Shown here one piece after another: positions 9,341 through 20,700 of a stretch of 64,000 nt of DNA. Source of the stretch: Nibricoccus sp. (GTDB taxonomy: Bacteria; Verrucomicrobiota; Verrucomicrobiia; Opitutales; Opitutaceae); contig JASGHG010000001.1 in NCBI GenBank assembly GCA_047602425.1, positions 2,240,001 to 2,304,000 on the forward strand, written 5' to 3'. Positions within the stretch are counted from its first letter, which is position 1; every line of letters starts with the position of its first letter. The notes below the pieces were generated by a model, which was given only the letters and a program-made list of their open reading frames with translations, was not told the origin of the DNA and made no database searches. The position numbers and the translations under genes are program-made.

Positions 9341-10414
9341 ATGTCCAAAGCCGCCCCCGCAAAAACCGCCTCCACCGCTGTCGCCACCGCCAATGCCGCG
9401 CGCGACAAAAACATCGAACTCGCCGTTTCTTCCATCACGAAACAATTCGGCGAGGGTTCGATCATGCGTTTGGGCGATTCGCACAAAATGAAGGTTGAAA
9501 CGCTTTCGACGGGCTCGATCGCGGTCGACCTCGCTCTTGGCGTTGGCGGTCTGCCCAAGGGCCGCATCATCGAAATCTACGGACCGGAATCCTCCGGTAA
9601 AACCACGTTCTGTCTCAGCGTCATTGCCGAAGCTCAGAAAAGAGGCGGTTTGGCCGCGTTCATCGACGTCGAACACGCGCTCGATCCAAAATACGCCCGC
9701 GTGGTCGGCGTGAATCTCGACGATATTCTTATCTCCCAACCCGATTCCGGTGAAGACGCGCTGAACATCATGGAAGCGCTGATTCGTTCCAACGCGATCG
9801 ACGTCATCGTGCTCGACTCCGTCGCCGCGCTCACCACAAGAGCCGAACTCGACGGTCAGATGGGCGACGCCACTGTTGGTGCTCAGGCTCGGCTCATGTC
9901 GCAAGCGATGCGCCGTCTCACCGCGGTCGTTAGCAAAACCCAGTGCGTCTGCATTTTCACCAACCAGATTCGCGAAAAGATCGGCGTCATGTTCGGCAAT
10001 CCGGAAACCACCTCCGGTGGCCGTGCGCTGAAGTTCTTCGCCTCCGTCCGCATCGACATCCGCCGCAAGGACCAGATCAAGACCCCCGAGGGCAAGGTCA
10101 TCGGCAACCGAACCAAGATCAAGGTGGTAAAAAACAAGGTCGCCCCTCCGTTCACCGAGTGCGAGTTCGACATCATGTACGACGAGGGCATTTCCAAGAC
10201 CGGTTCCATCCTCGATCTCGGTCTGGAACATAAGGTCCTCGAAAAGAAAGGCGCTTGGATCGCCTACAATGGCGAACTCATCGGCCAGGGCCGCGACGCC
10301 GCCAAACAAACCCTCAGGGACAAACCCGACGTCGCCGAAAAGGTGATCAAGGCCGTGCTCGAAAAAGTCACCATCACCGGTGGCGCGACCGTCACGGGCG
10401 AGAGCGAAGAGTAA
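9341..10414 (+). CDS. recA: Recombinase A
   Basis: [27 protein letters not shown] and [27 protein letters not shown]. Confidence 0.99.
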   Translation: MSKAAPAKTASTAVATANAARDKNIELAVSSITKQFGEGSIMRLGDSHKMKVETLSTGSIAVDLALGVGGLPKGRIIEIYGPESSGKTTFCLSVIAEAQKRGGLAAFIDVEHALDPKYARVVGVNLDDILISQPDSGEDALNIMEALIRSNAIDVIVLDSVAALTTRAELDGQMGDATVGAQARLMSQAMRRLTAVVSKTQCVCIFTNQIREKIGVMFGNPETTSGGRALKFFASVRIDIRRKDQIKTPEGKVIGNRTKIKVVKNKVAPPFTECEFDIMYDEGISKTGSILDLGLEHKVLEKKGAWIAYNGELIGQGRDAAKQTLRDKPDVAEKVIKAVLEKVTITGGATVTGESEE

Positions 10415-10430
10415 GTTTAGCTCCAACAAA

Positions 10431-11786
10431 ATGTTCGTTAAACGCCGCCTGATCGCAAACCGCCGCGCAATTCTTTGTGTGGCGGCCGTTTTTTCCGCCA
10501 CGGGGCTTGTTCAGGCGGCGGATTCCGCCGACAGCGCACCGGTTTTGATTTCCCGCACCGCCGGTCAGGGCGGCGGTTGGTCCTCGATCGCCGAACTCAA
10601 AAAAGCGGCCGAGGCGCACAATCCACGGGCCTGCGCCCAGTATGGCGACGCCCTGCTGCGCGGCGACGGGGTAAAGCAGGACACCGCGCAGGCGATGATG
10701 TTTTTGCGCGAGGCATTCGACGCTGGCGAACCCAATGCCGCCTTCCGCCTCGGCAAAATTTACGACGATGGCGAACACGCGCCGCAGGATTTCGCGAAAG
10801 CCTTTAGTTATTATGCAATCGCTGCCAAAGCGGGCGTGGTCGAAGCGCAGTACAACCTCGGTGTACTCTACGTCAGCGCCCGCGGCACGAAGCGCGATTA
10901 CGTCGAGGGGCTCGCCTGGCTGATCGTCGCGACAAAAAAAGGCGCCACAGGTGAGGGCGAGGAAAAGACCCGCGAGCAGATGCAGAAAATCAAACTCGGC
11001 CAGCTCATAAGCGCGGCCGAAAAGCGAGCCGCCGCGATTTTGAAGGATCCTTCGGTGGCTGAAGTCAATTTCACCCCGCCAAAACCAGTCGCTCCCGCTA
11101 ATATTTCGCCGCCCGCCAAGGTCGACCTCGGCGACGCGCCATCGAAGCCGGGCACCGTGAAAGTGGCGCCACCGTCCCTCGCTCTGCCTGACGTGAGCAA
11201 AAATATCGAGAGCCGCCTCAACACCACGCAGGAACTCAGCCCGCCCGTCAGCCTTGTTACGCCCCGCCAGACGATCAAAAGCTGGACCACGCTGATGGCC
11301 CTGCGCGCCGAAGCTGCGCAACGCGAACCGATCGCCATGTGGGCGGTCGCCAAGGTTCATCTCGATGGCAAACTGGTACCCGCCGATCCGAAACGCGCGA
11401 TGGAGCTTTTCGAGGAAGCCGCTACCGCAGGCAGCGCCGATGCCGCCTACCAACTCGGTGAAATGTATTCGTGCGACACCTACGTGCCCCACGATGACAC
11501 GAAGGCTTTTAACTATTTCAAACAGGCCGCCCTCGGTAAAGTGCGCCCCGGCTACTATAACCTTGGGGCCTGTTATATGAACGGCTCCGGCACGCCGAAA
11601 GACGTGGTGGAAGGTCTCGCCTGGCTGATCGTCGCGAAAAAACACGACATCGATCCGCACGCCGAAGGCATCGCCCGCATCCGTCTTCAAAATAGCGATC
11701 CCGCGAAAATTCCCCTCGCCGAGAAACGCGCCGAACAGATTCAAAAAGAGCTTTTCCCGGAGCCCAGGAAAGCGGCCAGGAAATAA
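10431..11786 (+). CDS. Exported Sel1-repeat protein with two duplicated Sel1 modules
   Basis: Signal peptide. Sel1 motifs (AQYNLGVLY, YYNLGACY); each module ends VEGLAWLIVA, and a Pro-rich linker separates them. Confidence 0.85.
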   Translation: MFVKRRLIANRRAILCVAAVFSATGLVQAADSADSAPVLISRTAGQGGGWSSIAELKKAAEAHNPRACAQYGDALLRGDGVKQDTAQAMMFLREAFDAGEPNAAFRLGKIYDDGEHAPQDFAKAFSYYAIAAKAGVVEAQYNLGVLYVSARGTKRDYVEGLAWLIVATKKGATGEGEEKTREQMQKIKLGQLISAAEKRAAAILKDPSVAEVNFTPPKPVAPANISPPAKVDLGDAPSKPGTVKVAPPSLALPDVSKNIESRLNTTQELSPPVSLVTPRQTIKSWTTLMALRAEAAQREPIAMWAVAKVHLDGKLVPADPKRAMELFEEAATAGSADAAYQLGEMYSCDTYVPHDDTKAFNYFKQAALGKVRPGYYNLGACYMNGSGTPKDVVEGLAWLIVAKKHDIDPHAEGIARIRLQNSDPAKIPLAEKRAEQIQKELFPEPRKAARK

Positions 11787-11840
11787 CGGCGCGCCTTTTC
11801 CTTTGGCGTTTTTGCAGAGACGGGTTTTTGTTCGCGTTAC

Positions 11841-13196
11841 ATGGCCAGCAATCAGGACACCATCGCCGCTCTTTCCACGCCTGTGGGCACCTCCGCCATC
11901 GCGGTGTTGCGAGCGAGCGGCCCGGCTTGCGCCGACGTGACTCGCGCGATTTTTGGGCAACTCCCTTCGCCCCGGTTTGCCACGCATTTCGACTATTGCG
12001 CTCGCGATGGGCAGATCCTCGATGATGTCATTGCGACGTATTTCGCCGCGCCAAATTCCTACACGGGCGAAGATACCTTGGAAATTTCCTGCCACGGAAA
12101 TCCGTTCATTGCGCAAAAAATCCTCGAAGACTTGCTCGAGCGCGGTTGCCGTCACGCTGAAGCGGGTGAATTCACCCGACGCGCATTTTTGAGTGGCCGC
12201 ATCGACCTGAGTCAGGCTGAGGCGGTGATGGATCTCATTCACGCGCGCAGCGAACGCGCTCTCGCCGCAGCCAATCAACAACTTCGCGGCAGCCTCGGTC
12301 GTCACTTGGCGCAGCTGACCGATGACATTCTTTGTGCACTCGCACGCATCGAGGCCTACATCGATTTTCCAGATGAAGATCTGCCCACCGAAGACCGTGG
12401 CATCGTTTTGGACAGCATCGATAAACTCATCGGCGGAACCAAACAACTTCTTGCCACGCAACATTATGGCGATCTCCTCCGCGACGGTATAAAAACCGTC
12501 ATCATTGGCGAACCCAACGCCGGCAAAAGCTCCCTCCTGAATCGCCTCGTCGGCCGCGAACGTGCGCTCGTCAGCCCCGAACCAGGTACCACGCGGGATT
12601 TCATCGAGGAACGCGTGGTGATCGGCCCTCACTGTATTCGCCTAATCGATACAGCCGGTCTTAATCCCTCCCCTGCCCCGCTCGAAAAACTGGGCATGGC
12701 CAAAACGCTCGAGCGCGCCGCGGAAGCCGACTTGTTTCTCCTCGTGCTGGATGCTACGCGTCCACATCCGGGCTTTCCGGCGGAAATCGAGGACCGCCTC
12801 AACGCGGAGAATGCGCTCGTGGTTTTGAACAAGTCCGACCTTGGCGCGCGCGCCGAAGCGACGAAGGAATTGGCAGGCCACGAATCCGTGCAGGTCTCTG
12901 CGCTGACGGGCGCCGGCATCGACGCGCTTACCGCGGCGATTGTCCGACGAGCCGACGCTTTTTCCCAGACTCACGGTGAAGAAATCATCGCGATCAACGC
13001 CCGCCACGCCGATGCACTTCGACGCGCGCAAGCATGTCTCGCGGAAGCTCGCGCCAAGCTCGTGACACAAGGCCCGACCGAACTCCTCGCCAGCGATCTC
13101 CGCGGAGCGCTCGACGCCTACGGCGAAATCGGAGGCAAAATCGACAACGAGCGCATGCTCGATCGCCTCTTTTCCACCTTCTGCATCGGCAAGTAA
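11841..13196 (+). CDS. mnmE: tRNA uridine-5-carboxymethylaminomethyl modification GTPase
   Basis: DTIAALSTP, SYTGED, GEFTRRAF, GEPNAGKSS, PGTTRD, DTAG and C-terminal FCIGK. Confidence 0.98.
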   Translation: MASNQDTIAALSTPVGTSAIAVLRASGPACADVTRAIFGQLPSPRFATHFDYCARDGQILDDVIATYFAAPNSYTGEDTLEISCHGNPFIAQKILEDLLERGCRHAEAGEFTRRAFLSGRIDLSQAEAVMDLIHARSERALAAANQQLRGSLGRHLAQLTDDILCALARIEAYIDFPDEDLPTEDRGIVLDSIDKLIGGTKQLLATQHYGDLLRDGIKTVIIGEPNAGKSSLLNRLVGRERALVSPEPGTTRDFIEERVVIGPHCIRLIDTAGLNPSPAPLEKLGMAKTLERAAEADLFLLVLDATRPHPGFPAEIEDRLNAENALVVLNKSDLGARAEATKELAGHESVQVSALTGAGIDALTAAIVRRADAFSQTHGEEIIAINARHADALRRAQACLAEARAKLVTQGPTELLASDLRGALDAYGEIGGKIDNERMLDRLFSTFCIGK

Positions 13197-13256
13197 TTCT
13201 GCTTAGGTTCACATGCCCCCATTCAGACGCATGAACTCTGTAATGGTCGGCCAAAC

Positions 13257-13285
13257 ACGTTTGTCATCTATTAGATGACAAACGT
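13257..13285. repeat. Palindromic repeat, GTCATC-TATTA-GATGAC variant
   Basis: ACGTTTGTCATCTATTAGATGACAAACGT, a perfect palindrome around a central T. Confidence 0.9.
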
Positions 13286-13437
13286 ATGGCTGAGCTCTGG
13301 GAATAGCATAACGGCATTAAATTATGGGTCGGCTTCCCCACGAGGGCGGTTGGGAAAGAACTGAGCCTGAAAACCATAGTTATTCTTTGCATCCTAGGTC
13401 ATCGTTGTGCTAACTTTGTGACCAACAGTTATTTAAC

Positions 13438-15324
13438 TTGTTTACTTACAATAAGATACCATTCGACGTGATTGTCTGCGGCGCCGGCCATGCCGGCTGT
13501 GAAGCGGCCTTGGCGGCTGCGCGCATGGGTGCCTCCACCCTACTTCTTACGGGCAATCTCGACACCGTTGCCCAAATGAGCTGCAACCCCGCAATCGGAG
13601 GCCAAGCGAAAGGCCAAATTGTGCGAGAAATCGATGCCTTAGGCGGCGAGATGGGCATCAACACCGATGTTACGGGAATTCAATTTCGCTTGCTCAATGA
13701 ATCGAAAGGGCCGGCCGTTCAGTCTCCCCGCGCTCAGTGCGACAAGAAGGCCTATCAATTCCGGATGAAACACACGCTGGAACTCCAGCCTAACCTTCAG
13801 CTCTTCCAAGCCACCGTCACTAGCCTTATCTTCGAGCACGGTAAAGTCATTGGCGTGCAGACCAACCTTGATGTCACTTTCAAGGCGGCGACCGTCGTGG
13901 TGACCACCGGTACTTTCCTTCGAGGCTTGATGCATATTGGCCAGAACAAGAACGAAGGTGGCCGTCTCGGCGATTTCAGCGCCAAAACTCTCTCAGCCAG
14001 CTTTCTTGAAGCTGGAATCGAACTTCAGCGCCTTAAAACCGGCACCCCTGCCCGCTTACTGGGCCGGAGCATCGATTTCAGCAAGATGGATGAGCAGAAA
14101 GGCGACGCGGTCCCTACTCTCTTCGCTTATCACGACACCCGCGACCCGCGTGATTTGTTCCACGTGGAACAAACCGGCGAAAATGCTCTCGGCTGGGCTC
14201 CGGGTTCCAATCAAGTCTCCTGCTGGATGACTTACACCACGGCTGAGACCGCGCAAATCGTCCGCGACAATCTTCGCAAGTCCGCCATGTATTCGGGCGA
14301 GATCAAAGGCGTTGGCCCGCGCTACTGCCCAAGCATTGAAGACAAATTTGTTCGTTTTGCGGATAAGCCGCGCCATTTGCTTTTCCTCGAACCAGAAGGC
14401 CGTTCGACCAATGAGTATTACATCAACGGACTGTCGACCTCGCTTCCTTTCGAGGTTCAGCTCGAAATGGTCCACAGTATTCCGGGTTTGGAAAACGCCA
14501 TTTTGCTAAGGCCGGCCTATGCGGTTGAGTATGATTTCGCGCCTCCAACCCAGTTATTTCCGTCTTTAGAATCTCGAAAGGTCGAAAACCTATTCTTTGC
14601 CGGTCAAATCAATGGGACATCCGGTTACGAAGAAGCGGCGGCTCAAGGACTCGTCGCGGGCGTGAACGCTGTACGAAAACTGCGAAGTCAACCGCCGATG
14701 GTAATCGGCCGACACGAGGCCTACATCGGCGTGATGATCGACGACCTCGTAACAAAGGGTACGCAAGAACCATACCGGATGTTTACGAGTAGGGCGGAGC
14801 ACCGGCTTTTATTTAACCATGGCAGCGCCGAACTTCGCCTTTTGCCGCACCTTCAGGAACATCGACTCGTCACCGCGAGTCGCTTGGAACGCATCCTCCA
14901 AAAAAAGGAGCGGGTGGGGGAGTGGTGCCAGAAACTCGAAAAACTGCGTCTGACCGGGGCCAATGGCACCCTAGCGGACGGAATGCGCCGCGCGGCGACG
15001 GGCGGCGGTGAGCCGCCAGTTTTGCCGGAAGAATTCCGCTCTTTGCCGCCGGAAGTTCAAAGCGAGGTTTCGTATCGCGTTAATTACCAAGGATACTTGG
15101 CCCGCGAACAGCGGCAAATCGAGAAACTCAGCGAAGTTGAGAAAATCAAAATTCCAACGGGTTTTGACTTCCTTAACCTCCGCGGCCTGCGCAAGGAAAG
15201 CGCGCTTAAGCTGCACCAATTCCGGCCTTACACCTTGGGCCAAGCCAGCCGCATCAGCGGAGTTAACCCAGCTGATATCAACGTCTTAATGGTAAAACTC
15301 GCAGCAGGTAGAACGGTGGAGTAG
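13438..15324 (+). CDS. mnmG: tRNA uridine-5-carboxymethylaminomethyl modification enzyme (GidA)
   Basis: [47 protein letters not shown] and [14 protein letters not shown] start. Confidence 0.98.
   Translation: MFTYNKIPFDVIVCGAGHAGCEAALAAARMGASTLLLTGNLDTVAQMSCNPAIGGQAKGQIVREIDALGGEMGINTDVTGIQFRLLNESKGPAVQSPRAQCDKKAYQFRMKHTLELQPNLQLFQATVTSLIFEHGKVIGVQTNLDVTFKAATVVVTTGTFLRGLMHIGQNKNEGGRLGDFSAKTLSASFLEAGIELQRLKTGTPARLLGRSIDFSKMDEQKGDAVPTLFAYHDTRDPRDLFHVEQTGENALGWAPGSNQVSCWMTYTTAETAQIVRDNLRKSAMYSGEIKGVGPRYCPSIEDKFVRFADKPRHLLFLEPEGRSTNEYYINGLSTSLPFEVQLEMVHSIPGLENAILLRPAYAVEYDFAPPTQLFPSLESRKVENLFFAGQINGTSGYEEAAAQGLVAGVNAVRKLRSQPPMVIGRHEAYIGVMIDDLVTKGTQEPYRMFTSRAEHRLLFNHGSAELRLLPHLQEHRLVTASRLERILQKKERVGEWCQKLEKLRLTGANGTLADGMRRAATGGGEPPVLPEEFRSLPPEVQSEVSYRVNYQGYLAREQRQIEKLSEVEKIKIPTGFDFLNLRGLRKESALKLHQFRPYTLGQASRISGVNPADINVLMVKLAAGRTVE
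14156..14171. promoter_or_regulatory. parS: parS centromere-like site (ParB binding) inside mnmG
   Basis: Perfect TGTTCCACGTGGAACA matching the widespread parS consensus; the palindrome extends to 14154-14173. Confidence 0.85.
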
Positions 15325-15414
15325 GAGCTGAACTGCCAGAGTAAGCTAACTGCGCACAAGTATGCGCTTAGGTCGGTCTTGCATTAGGAATTATCGGCAG
15401 AAATTGTCCCAAAA

Positions 15415-15439
15415 GTTTGTCATCTATTAGATGACAAAC
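15415..15439. repeat. Palindromic repeat, GTCATC-TATTA-GATGAC variant
   Basis: GTTTGTCATCTATTAGATGACAAAC, identical to 13259-13283. Confidence 0.9.
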
Positions 15440-15745
15440 GTTCTGGGTATTGAAGACCTTCGATTTGTGCACGGCGGGGCTGGGGGTCAATGGCATCGAT
15501 CTGGAGTACGCCGATGCCCGAGCAATTGGGAAGAGGTTGCGCTTCGATTCCTAAAAACCATCACGTAATAAAACGCGTTCTCCGTTGAAGCCTTCGTCTG
15601 CTCCTCCGTGGTGTCTTCCACAGGCACCTAAAAGGCAACATGGTAGTTGCATGAGCGGGAGGAGGAGTTCGCTTGTAACATTTGTGAAACGGTGGGGTAA
15701 AATCGCTCGGCATTTGTGACTTGTGGGTTCAGCTTGTCTCACGTT

Positions 15746-16462
15746 ATGGATGCAAAGCCTAAAAAGATTTTGATCGTCGACGACGAAGCGGATGTCACCG
15801 ATTTGGTGGCTTATCATTTGCGTGCCAAAGGCTTCCACGTGGAAACCTTGAACGACCCCAACGGCAGCATTGGAATTGCTCGTACGTTTGTCCCCGATTT
15901 GGTGGTGCTCGATGTGATGATGCCTGACCTCAACGGCATCCAAATCTGTCGGATGCTGCGGGCCGATCCTAAGCTGCAAAAAGTCCCGGTGATTTTTCTT
16001 ACCGCGAAAGCCGAGGAGTCTGATCGCATCCAAGGACTGGAGACGGGGGCGGATGACTATATCTGCAAGCCATTTAGCACAAAGGAATTAGTTCTTCGGA
16101 TCCAAACTATTTTGCGTCGCGTGACCGAGGGCGCGCCGGCTGAACCAAAGCATTTGCAGATCGGTCAGATCGCAATCGATGTTGATCGGCATATTGCCAC
16201 GGTGGCCGGTCTTCCAGTGGAGCTGACGGCGACGGAATTTAAATTGCTACGATTGCTGATGGAGCGTCGCGGTCGAGTGCAGACGCGTGAGCATCTTTTG
16301 ATCAACGTCTGGAATTACGAAACGGAAATCGAGACACGCACGGTCGACACGCATGTACGGCGTCTGCGCGAAAAGCTGGGTGCGGAGGCTGCTTGGATTG
16401 AAACCATACGCGGGGTAGGGTATCGCATGGCGGATCGAAAATCCGACGCATGTGTATCCTGA
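15746..16462 (+). CDS. phoB: OmpR/PhoB-family response regulator
   Basis: Receiver (ILIVDDE, LDVMMP, FLTAK, GADDYICKPF) and wHTH (LTATEFKLL, RTVDTHVRRLREKL, IETIRGVGY) domains; paired with a PhoR-like kinase. Confidence 0.8.
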   Translation: MDAKPKKILIVDDEADVTDLVAYHLRAKGFHVETLNDPNGSIGIARTFVPDLVVLDVMMPDLNGIQICRMLRADPKLQKVPVIFLTAKAEESDRIQGLETGADDYICKPFSTKELVLRIQTILRRVTEGAPAEPKHLQIGQIAIDVDRHIATVAGLPVELTATEFKLLRLLMERRGRVQTREHLLINVWNYETEIETRTVDTHVRRLREKLGAEAAWIETIRGVGYRMADRKSDACVS

Positions 16463-17718
16463 TTTCAATTACGCTCGGCCTCGCCTTGGTGGCAGCCCTT
16501 GTGGCTTTGTGGCGGCAGCACCGGTTGATGCGCCAACTGCACACCGCGCTGCTCAACCGCCAGCCGATCCTGAGCGAGTCCCTCCGGACCGGCGGCGATC
16601 ATGATTGGAATCACGTTTCGCAGGCCGCAAATGACTTGATTGCGGAATTCGGTCGGTTGCAGCAAATCCGTTCCGGGCAATTAACGCAGTTGGAGGCGAC
16701 GCTCGGAAGTTTGCAGGAGGCGGTCTTGATCGTCGATTCGGGCAACCGAATTATTCTGGCGAACAATGCGATGCAGGAAATTTTTCCGCGCGCGGCGAAT
16801 ATTCTTGGCCAACGCCTGGAGCAGGTCCTGCAAAGTGCGGCGTTTCTTCAATACGTGGACGATGTACGCAAAGGCGAAGCCCAGCCGCAGTATGAAATCG
16901 AGTTTGCCGAAGGGAATCGCGCGATTTGGGTCGAAGCCACCGGCACGAAAATTCCTTCTCTGGGCGCCGATAAAAATCCGTGGGCGCTCTTTGTATTGCA
17001 CGATATCACCAAGCAGAAAAAACTTGAGGCGGTGCGAAAGGATTTCGTTGCGAACGTCTCGCACGAACTGCGCACGCCGCTCAGTGTGATCAAAGGTTAC
17101 GTCGAGACTTTGGTCGATGACCACCAGACGATCCCCATCGAAGACCGCGAACGTTTCCTCCGCACGATCCAGCGGCATACGGAACGCTTGAACTCTTTGC
17201 TGGACGATTTGCTGGTTTTGTCGCGCTTGGAATCGATCAACCCGGGCCTGCGCCGCGAGTCGACCAACTTGGCTGATATTTTGCGCACCGTTATCGAGGA
17301 CTTCCGCGCGCGTCCGTCGGCGGCTGAGCACAAGATTGCCGCGACCTTCGCACCGATGATCGGGCCGCTGCTCATCGATCCATTGAAAATCACGCAGGTC
17401 TTGGAAAACCTAATCGACAACGCGCTCAAGTACACGCCCAAAGGTTCGCAGATCGACGTTTCAGCCAGTGTGCGCGAAGGAATGATCGAGATGAGCGTGC
17501 GCGATAACGGCCCGGGGATTCCCGCAGCGGACCTGCCGCATATTTTCGAGCGTTTTTATCGGGTGGACAAAGGTCGCTCGCGGGAAAAAGGCGGCACGGG
17601 TCTTGGTTTGAGCATTGTCAAACATATCGTGCAGCTTCACGGCGGCCAGGTGCGCGTCGAAAGCACACTGGGGCAGGGGACGACCTTCTGCTTTTCTTTG
17701 CAGCAACGAAGTGGTTAG
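16450..17718 (+). CDS. phoR: PAS-containing sensor histidine kinase, PhoR-like
   Basis: DFVANVSHELRTPL H-box and FERFYRVDKGRSREKGGTGLGLSIVKH. Confidence 0.82.
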   Translation: MCILISITLGLALVAALVALWRQHRLMRQLHTALLNRQPILSESLRTGGDHDWNHVSQAANDLIAEFGRLQQIRSGQLTQLEATLGSLQEAVLIVDSGNRIILANNAMQEIFPRAANILGQRLEQVLQSAAFLQYVDDVRKGEAQPQYEIEFAEGNRAIWVEATGTKIPSLGADKNPWALFVLHDITKQKKLEAVRKDFVANVSHELRTPLSVIKGYVETLVDDHQTIPIEDRERFLRTIQRHTERLNSLLDDLLVLSRLESINPGLRRESTNLADILRTVIEDFRARPSAAEHKIAATFAPMIGPLLIDPLKITQVLENLIDNALKYTPKGSQIDVSASVREGMIEMSVRDNGPGIPAADLPHIFERFYRVDKGRSREKGGTGLGLSIVKHIVQLHGGQVRVESTLGQGTTFCFSLQQRSG

Positions 17719-20700
17719 ATTTTTACGCGGGCTGGCTTGGGAAGCGAACGCTCGCGCAACCAGGCGAAGATCACCGGCGTGACAATCAGAATGTGCACGA
17801 GGCTGGAGAGCATGCCTCCGACGACGGGAGCGGCGAGCGGCTGCATGATTTCCGCGCCGGTGCGACTGCTCCAGAAAATCGGCAGCAACGACGCGACAGT
17901 GGTGGCGACGGTCATGACCTTGGGGCGCAACCGCAGTCGCGCGCCGGCTTTGATCGCGCCGAGCAATTCATCGTGGTTCAGTTCGCGGCCGACTTCGGCG
18001 CGCTTTTTGGCAATGGCTTCTTCCAGGTACACGACCATGACGACGCCGGTCTGGATCGCCGTGCCGAACAATGCGATATAACCAACCCAGACGGCCACGC
18101 TGAAATTGAAACCCATGAAGTGTTGCAGAAGCACCCCGCCGGTGAGCGCGAACGGCACGGCGAGAATTACATGGGCCGCCTCGGAGATCGAATGGAACGT
18201 CATCACCAGCAGGCCAAAGATGATGAGCAACACGATGGGGAAAACGATTTTCAACGTTTCACGGGCACGGATCTGATTTTCGTACTGGCCGCTATATTCG
18301 ATGGTCATGCCGGGATCGAGCTTTAGCTCCTTGCCGACGCGCTCCTTGATTTCATCGACAAAGCCGCCGAGGTCACGCTCGTTCACGTTGGCCTGAACGT
18401 AGACGCGCAGGCGGCCGTTTTCGCTGGCGATTTCGTTTGGACCAATGACGCGTTTGACGGTGGCGACCTGTTTCAAAGGCACATAAGCGCCGGACGGCGT
18501 CGGAATCACCAAGTCGCCAATTTTTTCGATGTCATCGCGGTCGGCGCGATCGAGCCGAACCTGAATGGGCCAGCGTTCACGACCTTTGATTGTGGTGGCC
18601 ACGGTGGTTCCCCCGAGGCCGGTTTCGACGTAGCGGAAGAGGTCGGCCATTTTCAGACCATAGCGGCCCATCTCGGCGCGATTGGCTTCGATTTCGAGAT
18701 AGGGTTTGCCCTGCACGCGCGAAGGGGCGACGCCGGTGGCGCCAGAAATGGCGGTAATAATGCGTTCCAGTTCGAAGGCCTTTTGTTGAAGAGCGTCGAG
18801 ATTGTCGCCGAAAATTTTCACGCCGACCTGTGCGCGTATGCCAGTACTCGTCATCAAAATTCGATTTTCGATCGGTTGCAAAAATCCCGGGACGTAGCCC
18901 GGCACGGCGGTGAGTCGCTCGATGAGTTCACCGATGATCTGCTGCTTCGTCACGCCGGGCCGCCAGTCTTTCTGCGGCTTCAGCATGATGGTGGTTTCGA
19001 TCATTTCGATAGGCGCGGGATCGGTCGCGGTTTCGGAGCGTCCAAGTTTACCGGCTACGGAGACGACTTCCGGGTGCTGGCTGATGACTTTGTCCTGCCA
19101 GGCCATGATGCGTTTCACCTCGGTGAGCGAGGTGGCTGGAAGCAGCACGGGCATGAAAAGCAGGCTGCCTTCCTCAAGTGTCGGCATGAACTCGCTGCCG
19201 AAACCTTCCGTGTGCTTGGCGACGGACGGTGCGGCTTTGTGCAACCACGAATTCATCGCGCGAGGCAAACCGAAGGCTATCACCAAACAGGTTACCAGCA
19301 GCGTGAAGGCGAGACTGAGCACGGTTTTACGGTGGGTGAGTGCCCAGTCGAGCGTGGGGTTATAAGCCTTCAGCAGGAATTTCATCAGCCAATTTTCGTG
19401 CTCCGGCTTGAAGGGCCCGCGGACGAGCAACGTACAGAAAACCGGGACGGCAGTGATGGCGAGAAGGGTGGCGCCAAGCAGGGCAAACGATTTTGTGTAG
19501 GCGAGGGGATGGAAGAGTTTTCCCTCTTGGCCGCTGAGCAGAAACACCGGCACGAAGGCGAGGATGATAATCGCCATTGAAAAAAACATCGGACGGCCGA
19601 CCTGTGTGGCGGCTTCGAGCGTTTCCTTGAACGTTTCGGCGGCGGTGAGGCGGCGTTTCAAGTGCTCCTCCGCAATCTCGCAGTGCCGGATCACGTTTTC
19701 GGTCATCACGATGCCGGCATCGACCAGCACGCCGATGGAGATCGCGATGCCCGTCAGCGACATGATGTGCGACGGAATGCCGAACTCTTTCATAAGGATA
19801 AAAGAGATCAGGATCGACGCAGGCAGCGGCAGCGTGACGATCAGGATGCTGCGGAAGTGGAACAGAAAGAGGATGTGCGCGAGCGTCACGAGGATAACTT
19901 CCTCGGTCAGCGCGTGCTTGAGCGTGTCGATGGCACGCTCGATCAAATCGCTTCGGTCATAGAACGATTCTACGGTCACACCTTTCGGCAGGCCGGGCGC
20001 TATGGCGGCGAGCTTGGCCTTTACGTCGTTGATGACCTTGTAGGCATTTTCTCCATAGCGCATAACGACGATGCCGCCGACGACTTCGCGGCCATTCACG
20101 TCGAGCGTGCCGCGGCGGAAATCGCCCCCAATCTCCACGCGGGCAACGTCGCGCAAATAGAGCGGCGTGCCATTGCGCGGCATGAGCGGGATGGATTCGA
20201 GATCGGAGATTTTGCCGACGAGACCGACGCCGCGCACGATGTATTCGGCGCCATTTTCCTCGATGGTTTTGCCGCCGACGTTGAGATTGCTGGCGCCGAG
20301 AGCATCCATCACCTCGCCGAGCGGTACGCCAAATTGTTTCAATTTGAGCGAGGAGACCTCGACCTGGTACTGTCGCACGAAACCACCAAGGCTGCCGATT
20401 TCAGCAACGCCGGGAACCGCCGCGAGTTGATAACGAATGAAAGTATCCTGAAGCGTGCGCAGGGAACCGAGATCCTGCTGACCGGACTGATCCTTCAAAT
20501 AATATTGGTACACCCAGCCCAACCCCGTTGCATCCGGACCGAGGCGGGCGGCGATTCCCTCTGGCAAAAGGTTCCCCAGTGAATTGAGACGTTCGAGCAC
20601 GCGGGTGCGGGCAAAGTAATTTTCAATCTTATCGTCGAAGATGACGGTGAGGAACGAAAAGCCGAACATCGAAGTGGCGCGCACGGTTTTCACGCCGGCC

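Noticed and set aside
10392..12632. 746-aa minus-strand ORF and other long antisense ORFs (e.g. 9254-10501, 45612-47090, 27983-29188, 56559-57722, 62703-63551)
   Set aside because: They are shadows of well-supported genes on the opposite strand in a GC-rich genome and show no family motifs.
15551..15652. Short minus-strand peptide MQLPCCLLGACGRHH... or an ncRNA in the mnmG-phoB gap
   Set aside because: No recognisable family, tRNA cloverleaf or known RNA motif.
15673..15690. Pho box upstream of phoB (TTGTAACATTTGTGAAAC)
   Set aside because: Plausible by position, but too degenerate to support without orthologue comparison.
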